Shown: positions 8,362 through 14,202 of the stretch, piece after piece | Numbering within the stretch: the first letter of the stretch is position 1 | How the letters are laid out: each line of letters opens with the position of its first letter | Source: Paramicrosporidium saccamoebae KSL3 | Taxonomy: Eukaryota; Fungi; Cryptomycota | Direction of reading: 5' to 3' | Assembly (NCBI GenBank): GCA_002794465.1 | Contig: MTSL01000170.1 | Coordinates: 1 to 14,202 of the forward strand | DNA: 14,202 nt | Program-made: the position numbers and the translations under genes | Notes under the pieces: generated by a model | The model's input: only the letters and a program-made list of their open reading frames with translations | Told to the model about the DNA's origin: nothing | The model's database searches: none

Positions 8362-10443
8362 ATGATAAAGCTTTTTGCCGCGCTGGTATGGTATGTGCTG
8401 GTCCATTTCCATCAATGCAGCGCCTCAGTGAGTAATGGCCTAGAAAGCACCGCCTCACAGAACAGCGTCCCAGAAAGTACCGTCCTAAGAGATAGCATCC
8501 CAAAGAGTAGAGCCTCTAAGGCTGACAGCTTCACTGCACCGGGGACGAACAATATATTTGACGACTTTGACAAACTGCTTGACAAAGGTCGTGGCCTAAA
8601 TAGTCTCCCTGCACTCGAGGCCTCGCTGCAGGATTTGCTTGCGTCCATTAAAGACGATCCAGCGCTTGTTAAGCAATACTATTATTTTGCAAGCGTGCTG
8701 ATGATGGATTGTCCTGCCGTCAAATTAGATTCCGAAAAGATGGTGCTGGAGGCACTCGATATGAAATATTACGAAATCCTGCGCTGTCTTGCGCGTCACC
8801 CGATCTGGAAGGACAAGGCACAGGAGCATTGGTTTTGGATTAAGCTTTACGGAACGGACATTATCGATCGGGCTACTTGGAAGCTGCAGCAATTTGAATG
8901 GGACAAATTTGGGGAGATGGTTTTCAAGGCCGACAATGCTAAGCTCCTTAGGAGAATCCGTCACGAGCCGTATTTTAAGGGCATTTCTAAAAAAGACTTG
9001 CGTAAAAATCTCATCATGTACGATGCGATCGGTATCCTTAATCCTGTCTACCCAGGCATGACCAGGGAAATTGCAGAGGATGTCGCTTTGTTGGCAGAAC
9101 ATGGGCCGCCCCGCATAATTAACCAGATCATTGATTCTATTCGAGATTTGCACCCCGACACCAGCCACATCGCCCCTCATACTGTGAAATCTGCCAAGGC
9201 GCTTCAATATCTCTTCTACATCGACTACAATCAAATCCCCAAGCTCTGTCTGCAGTCAATGGACGGTCGGTTGACAATTAACGACGAGTGTATAAAGTGG
9301 CTCACTGAGAATAATTGCCTATCGCTGTTGCAGGAAATGTTCCAGCAAGATTCTGATTACGGATATGACTATGATGGTCTTTACGAATCAGCCATTGAAA
9401 AGGGGAGTCTTGATGTCCTGAAATTGCTGCAAACAAAGGACGAGAATCAAAGTCCATCCGAAGATGTAGTGTGCGATGCCGCCAAATCAGGGTATTTAGA
9501 GACCATCCAATGGCTATTTAACACGTTTGGAAATGAGATTAATTGGAGTGCTGTGGTACAAAGGTCCTACCGTACCAACAGCTCTCACAAAGTCATCCGA
9601 TATCTTGAGAATGATTCCATTGTCACCTTGTCGCGTAAGGTGACTCTTTGTTTACTGGCAGCAGAAGGCAATTTGACCGAACTGCAGGCAGAATCTGCTA
9701 AATCAGACTCAACGCTGGGCTTTCCATGGACCAGCGTAGCAACCTCCGCAGCTAAAGGTGGCTACATTGACGTTCTCGACTGGATTTACAAAGCGTCGGG
9801 AGCTCTTCCGAAAAACTATGCCGTAGAAAGCGCTTGCGAGATGGGCCATTATTCGGTTTTGCGTTGGGTTTTTGAGACTGACAGTACCCGAATAGCATCT
9901 GGTTATTGTCTGAGCTCTATTAGTGCATTGCAGTGCATTCTTGACGCCGCCACCCACAACGATCAAAAAGTCATGGACTGGATTTTGAGCTCTCTTCTTA
10001 ATAATAGCCTGCCAGACATGTGTAGAATGTATCCAGAGTACAGCCTCTTGTCCGATGAGGCACAACTGCGCATTATTAAATGGATCGCATTAAAGGCGGA
10101 AGGTACTGTCAAGGTTGAACCAGAGCTGATGCTGCGCGCTGCCAAGTCGGGGCATGTAAAAGTTTTCCACTGGCTGCGTAAACAAGGACTGCGCATAACT
10201 GCAGAGGCCGTAGAGAGAGCTGCACGAGGGAGTGAGATTGAAATTTTAAAGGCGATTTACGCGATTGATTCGTCGTTAGTGTGTACTGAGGAGATTGCCA
10301 ATTTGGCAGCGAACAATTTGGGCAATGTGTGGAGGTGGGATGTCTTGGATTGGATGTGGAAGGCGTTTGGAATACTCCCGACCAAAGTGGAAGAGAGGGA
10401 TGAATACCTCAAAGAGTGGGTGGAAGACAGACGCAAACCATAG
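8362..10443 (+). CDS. Secreted degenerate ankyrin-like repeat protein, full-length (copy 3), 693 aa
   Basis: Signal-peptide-like MIKLFAALVWYVLVHFHQCSA, then a low-complexity Ser-rich linker and a helical N-terminal domain. About 9 repeats of the type AAxxGxLxxLxWL follow (SAIEKGSLDVLKLL, DAAKSGYLETIQWL, SAAKGGYIDVLDWI, SACEMGHYSVLRWV, RAAKSGHVKVFHWL). Ends YLKEWVEDRRKP. Confidence 0.88.
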   Translation: MIKLFAALVWYVLVHFHQCSASVSNGLESTASQNSVPESTVLRDSIPKSRASKADSFTAPGTNNIFDDFDKLLDKGRGLNSLPALEASLQDLLASIKDDPALVKQYYYFASVLMMDCPAVKLDSEKMVLEALDMKYYEILRCLARHPIWKDKAQEHWFWIKLYGTDIIDRATWKLQQFEWDKFGEMVFKADNAKLLRRIRHEPYFKGISKKDLRKNLIMYDAIGILNPVYPGMTREIAEDVALLAEHGPPRIINQIIDSIRDLHPDTSHIAPHTVKSAKALQYLFYIDYNQIPKLCLQSMDGRLTINDECIKWLTENNCLSLLQEMFQQDSDYGYDYDGLYESAIEKGSLDVLKLLQTKDENQSPSEDVVCDAAKSGYLETIQWLFNTFGNEINWSAVVQRSYRTNSSHKVIRYLENDSIVTLSRKVTLCLLAAEGNLTELQAESAKSDSTLGFPWTSVATSAAKGGYIDVLDWIYKASGALPKNYAVESACEMGHYSVLRWVFETDSTRIASGYCLSSISALQCILDAATHNDQKVMDWILSSLLNNSLPDMCRMYPEYSLLSDEAQLRIIKWIALKAEGTVKVEPELMLRAAKSGHVKVFHWLRKQGLRITAEAVERAARGSEIEILKAIYAIDSSLVCTEEIANLAANNLGNVWRWDVLDWMWKAFGILPTKVEERDEYLKEWVEDRRKP

Positions 10444-10460
10444 GGACCATTGCACGCACA

Positions 10461-10466
10461 AATAAA
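10461..10466 (+). terminator. Putative AATAAA polyadenylation signal of copy 3
   Basis: aataaa 17 nt after the stop codon, followed by AT-rich sequence. Confidence 0.4.
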
Positions 10467-10811
10467 GCATTTTATAATAATTGTGATATATCTGGGTGAT
10501 TGAAGACAGTGAGGCCTGTATTTTCGCCATTGAAAATTATTAGTACGTCATTTGCGAGACTAGAAATAGGCCGTTAGAGTAATAGTGAACGCGTTCTCTT
10601 CCCTCCTCGCCTCTTTCTCACTGCGCGGCACGATGGTCACAGCTTTAAACTGTATTACCATGCTGAAGATAATGATAGTTATCAAATATTGCGCGTAGCA
10701 ACACGTATTGCTTTATTTGCAGGTGAATTGATGCCGTCATCCGGTCCCAATGAATGAACCCATAAAGTTTACCGAGATGAAGATATATCTGGCCAGGGAT
10801 CGCGACGCCGG

Positions 10812-12833
10812 ATGATGAAACTGTTCAGAACAACTTGTTGCATGCTGTGGTCTGTAACGATTTCTCTAGTGTTATTCCTGAGCGGAGGGGCCGACTGTAC
10901 TGTGGCCGGTTTGGGACAACACAAAGACAGTGATGTCTCTGGACTCACTACAGGTCTTTCTAATTTATCCCTCACCACACCGAATGAATCGGGGGTGATT
11001 CACCAAGTCGGCACTTTGGCCGACGACAATTTCCGTTTGGACCTTTATGAACTCTACTCGGCATTAATGGATAGTATCAGGCGGGCCGACATTGGCCCTT
11101 TCAGGTGCAGCGAATATTTGTGTTCCGTTGCCGCAGTCATGGATTGGGGTATTACTCGCAAGGGTAGCGAAGACGTACTACAACACCTGCTCGATGTTGG
11201 GCACTACGGGATCCTGCGTAGTATTATACATCTTCCGCTTTGGGATAATCCAGAACAGAAACACTTGTTTTGGGCCAAGATTTATGAAACTCCTGCCTTT
11301 GATCGGACTATTTGGGATTTACAACGATTTGATTGGGTCAAATTCTGGAGGATGATCATTAAGGCGGACAATATTGAGTTTTACGGAATGATGCATCATA
11401 CATTATTTTTCAAAGAGCTCGCCAAAGAAAGTTTACTTGAATGCATCATTATTTTCGGTGCGACCAGCATTCTCAACCGTTTCCATCCTGAAATGGTCCA
11501 AGAAATTATAGAGAATATCCATTCGGTGAGCCAGCATGCGCCAATGCATGTCATTAATAAGATCATCCCTCCTCATGTAATCAGATCTGCCAGCGATCTC
11601 GCTCATCTGCTTCATAGTGACTATAATCAAATCCCAATGATCTGCTTACGACAGAGTAATGGCCAAATGACCATTAGCACTGAATGTGAAAAATGGCTCA
11701 TCGAACACAAATGTCTGTCGTTGTTGCAAGAAATGTTCCAGGGAAATCCCAATTACAAGTACAACCATGAGGATCTTTGTTACACTGCTATGAAAAAGGG
11801 CAGCTTTGATGTCTTGGATTGGCTGCATGCGGAGAAGGAAATGCAATGTCCATCAAAACAGCGGGTGAGTGAGGCTGCTAAAGAGGGAGACTTGGAAGCC
11901 ATTCAGTGGATGTTCATCACATTTAAGGATCAAATCGATTGGAAGTACGTGGTTGATAGAACATACAGCGACATTCGCTCTCATAAAGCCGTCAGATATC
12001 TCGTGGAGAACGCTAATGTCGCTTTGTCCCACGAGGCGACCCTTTGTTTATTAGCAGCAGAAGGCAAATGGGAAGAATTACAGACTGTGCATGCACAATC
12101 ATCAGTCGATTTCCCATGGAGGGTTGTAGCGAACTTTGCATCAATGGGTGGACACGCCAAAATCCTCCAATGGGTTTATGACAAGTCCAGAACCCTTCCC
12201 GATAGCTTTTCAGTGGAATATACCTGTAAGATGGGCAACGATTCTATTTTGCCCTGGGTTTTTGGAATTGATCAAATCCGAGTAGCGCGGGAGCATGCGC
12301 TTGACAAGATTAATGTATCAAAGTGCATCCTCTACGCCGCTATGCACAATAATGAAAAGCTTATGGATTGGATACTAAGCCATCCTCTCACGAATAGGGT
12401 GCCAAGCCTTAATTACATACATGATCTAATGTTGGAAAACGCCGCCTCTGAAGAGACACGGCTACGCATTCTCAAATGGATCTCATCAAAAGCAAATAAC
12501 GATATTGAGTTTGGGCCAGAAATGATGCTATACGCTGCCAAATCAGGGCATGCACAAGTTTTCCAGTGGCTGTGTGAACAAGAAATGCCCATAACTCCAG
12601 ATGTCGTAGAGGAAGCTGCATTATCAGATAAGCTCGATATTCTAAAGGCAATTTACAAAATCAATCCGTTGTTGGTGTGCACTGTAGAGACTGCTAAATT
12701 GACGTCGATCAGTTGGAGTCTGTGGAGACTTGATATCTTGGATTGGATGTGGAATACGTGTCAAGTGCTCCCGACCACCGAGGGCATATCCGCGGATCTC
12801 CGTAAATGGGTGGAAGACAAACGCAAGCAATAG
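10812..12833 (+). CDS. Secreted degenerate ankyrin-like repeat protein, full-length (copy 4), 673 aa
   Basis: Signal-peptide-like MMKLFRTTCCMLWSVTISLVLFLSGGADC. Colinear with copy 3 throughout (DYNQIP, CLSLLQEMFQ, TLCLLAAEG, FPW, YAAKSGHAQVFQWL, DILDWMW, LPT, WVEDKRKQ). Confidence 0.88.
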   Translation: MMKLFRTTCCMLWSVTISLVLFLSGGADCTVAGLGQHKDSDVSGLTTGLSNLSLTTPNESGVIHQVGTLADDNFRLDLYELYSALMDSIRRADIGPFRCSEYLCSVAAVMDWGITRKGSEDVLQHLLDVGHYGILRSIIHLPLWDNPEQKHLFWAKIYETPAFDRTIWDLQRFDWVKFWRMIIKADNIEFYGMMHHTLFFKELAKESLLECIIIFGATSILNRFHPEMVQEIIENIHSVSQHAPMHVINKIIPPHVIRSASDLAHLLHSDYNQIPMICLRQSNGQMTISTECEKWLIEHKCLSLLQEMFQGNPNYKYNHEDLCYTAMKKGSFDVLDWLHAEKEMQCPSKQRVSEAAKEGDLEAIQWMFITFKDQIDWKYVVDRTYSDIRSHKAVRYLVENANVALSHEATLCLLAAEGKWEELQTVHAQSSVDFPWRVVANFASMGGHAKILQWVYDKSRTLPDSFSVEYTCKMGNDSILPWVFGIDQIRVAREHALDKINVSKCILYAAMHNNEKLMDWILSHPLTNRVPSLNYIHDLMLENAASEETRLRILKWISSKANNDIEFGPEMMLYAAKSGHAQVFQWLCEQEMPITPDVVEEAALSDKLDILKAIYKINPLLVCTVETAKLTSISWSLWRLDILDWMWNTCQVLPTTEGISADLRKWVEDKRKQ

Positions 12834-12869
12834 AGACCATTGCATAATAGAGTCAATCTTAGTCGGACA

Positions 12870-13193
12870 ATGTTTCTCGAGTTGCGCTGCACGATCAAAT
12901 GGACTATATCAGAGGCGCATAAGGTTGAGCCGTGTGCATTTCTCCAGCGGCTACAGAATGAAAAAGTCAAATTGCAAAGACGCCTCCGAATATATTCATC
13001 GATAGTGTGCACTTTGGCCGTGAATGACTTTCGGATGTGGAGGACGAGTCTGTTTACGGCCCGGGATAGAGTCATCAGTAATGATCGATGTAAAGAATTG
13101 ACGAATCAACATCAAGATGGCTTGCTTGTCACGAAAGAAAAAATGGAGTATGCAAAACTACAACTTTTGACTACGGATAAATCAAAGCAGTAA
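12870..13193 (+). CDS. Hypothetical 107-aa ORF, no recognisable family
   Basis: ATG at 12870. The ORF fills the gap between copy 4 and the convergent UPF0390 gene and ends 3 nt from its stop. No homology recognised. Confidence 0.25.
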   Translation: MFLELRCTIKWTISEAHKVEPCAFLQRLQNEKVKLQRRLRIYSSIVCTLAVNDFRMWRTSLFTARDRVISNDRCKELTNQHQDGLLVTKEKMEYAKLQLLTTDKSKQ

Positions 13194-13196
13194 ATT

Positions 13197-13475
13197 TCAT
13201 TTTAAAAGAGTTAGACCGGTACTTCCAGACGGCCGTGCCATACGAGCAGATGTCTGTTCTTCGGCCATTTTGATATTCTCGCTCGTCAGCTTCTATTCAG
13301 TAAGATACAACAACAGGAAACAAAGACTTACCTTTTTGATGATTCCTGACTGTACGGCTGTACTCTTCTTTGGTTTTATGAATCGTGCCCCCTTTTTGGT
13401 GACTGCTCGGCTCTTTTTCAGACTTCCTTCAGTCTTGGCCTTGCCTGATAGCTTGTTCTTGAATCCCTGCGCCAT
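13197..13475 (-). CDS. UPF0390 / Leydig cell tumor 10 kDa protein (C19orf53)-like small basic protein, 2 exons: 13475-13332 and 13292-13197 (79 aa)
   Basis: MAQG start and Lys-rich sequence with TKKGARFIKPKK. A 39-nt GTAAGT...TAG intron (13331-13293) joins in frame to KLTSENIKMAEEQTSARMARPSGSTGLTLLK*. Confidence 0.8.
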
Positions 13476-13538
13476 CCCCTGACCAATCAGCGCCGTTTGG
13501 GGGTTTGTGTAGCTGGCACGGCGCACCAATAGACGACT
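13476..13538. promoter_or_regulatory. 63-bp head-to-head intergenic region with two CCAAT boxes
   Basis: Start codons at 13475 (-) and 13539 (+). ccaat occurs at 13483-13487 and 13526-13530. Confidence 0.5.
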
Positions 13539-14202
13539 ATGCAGTTCGTCGGCAAGGTGATAACGAGCGTCAGCGAATTCTACAAAGACATTAACCCGAG
13601 CACACTAAGTGGCGCTATCGATGTCTTGGTGGTGGAGGACGAGTCGGGACAGTTGACCTGTTCTCCGTTCCATGTACGCTTTGGGAAGCTCCAGCTGCTG
13701 CGGCCACAGGAAAAGGTGGTCGAGATGCGGGTGAATGGCGAACCGGTGGACATTCGGATGAAGGTGGGAGAGGCAGGCGAAACTTTTTTCGTTTTACCGA
13801 CGCGGGGCGCCGTCTCGGAGGAATATCTCACCAGTCCGCTCATAGTGCCCATTGCTGATGGGAAGGTGGAGCCCCTTTCCTTATCGCCCGCCAAGGCTGT
13901 TCTCTCAGAGGGGGAGGAAAGTCCTGTGAGGAGACGGGTGGAACGGGATGCGGTGAGCGACAGCGAGCTAGAGTTGGAAGGCGAAAAATTGGATGAAGCT
14001 TCTCCCCCAAAATATTCATGGATGTGGGGTGGTCTACCCAAAAAGGAAAATGTTAATGCTGTTGGAGACCAGAACGGCGAAAAAACTGGGGTTGTAGATA
14101 ATGAGGAACTGCGGGCTAGTACCGATGAGTCTTCAGTTGACACGGCTTTAGCCTCAGATCCTTCAGTTGACACGGCTTTAGCCTCGGATCCTTCAGTTGA
14201 CA
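13539..14202 (+). CDS. PAH1: Lipin / phosphatidate phosphatase (Pah1/Ned1/LPIN), 5' partial, runs off window end
   Basis: [85 protein letters not shown] is the lipin N-terminal (N-LIP) domain, followed by the conserved WxWGxLP motif (SWMWGGLP). The frame is open to the window end. Confidence 0.95.
   Translation, partial: MQFVGKVITSVSEFYKDINPSTLSGAIDVLVVEDESGQLTCSPFHVRFGKLQLLRPQEKVVEMRVNGEPVDIRMKVGEAGETFFVLPTRGAVSEEYLTSPLIVPIADGKVEPLSLSPAKAVLSEGEESPVRRRVERDAVSDSELELEGEKLDEASPPKYSWMWGGLPKKENVNAVGDQNGEKTGVVDNEELRASTDESSVDTALASDPSVDTALASDPSVD
14131..14202 (+). repeat. 30-bp coding tandem repeat ([10 protein letters not shown]) in lipin, at least 2.4 copies
   Basis: cttcagttgacacggctttagcctc(a/g)gatc at 14131-14160 and 14161-14190, partial at 14191-14202. 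Confidence 0.95.

Noticed and set aside
13293-13529. ORF-track 78-aa version of the small basic protein
   Set aside because: It uses a TTG start upstream of the MAQG ATG and reads into the intron; the spliced model fits better.
13580-14173. 197-aa Ser-rich minus-strand ORF
   Set aside because: Antisense shadow of the lipin CDS.

Overview
Gene-dense window from a compact eukaryotic genome with very small spliceosomal introns (29-39 nt) and short intergenic spaces. The style suggests an early-diverging fungal relative or microsporidia-like parasite such as Paramicrosporidium; that assignment is inference only. Housekeeping genes are a spliced NNF1/PMF1 kinetochore gene and the 5' part of lipin/PAH1 (both absent as complete models from the ORF track), a spliced UPF0390/C19orf53-like gene and a codanin-1-like gene. 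Interleaved with them is a family of signal-peptide-bearing, degenerate ankyrin-like repeat proteins in five states: two full-length copies, one in-frame internally deleted copy, one frameshifted pseudogene and one fragment. A PP2C (PTC7-like) phosphatase with an apparent signal peptide is also present. The ankyrin paralogues share a positionally conserved promoter layout and show different internal deletions, mosaic similarity and an inverted high-identity patch. Together this suggests a rapidly reshuffling candidate effector cluster. All homology calls come from motif recognition by eye; no searches were run.
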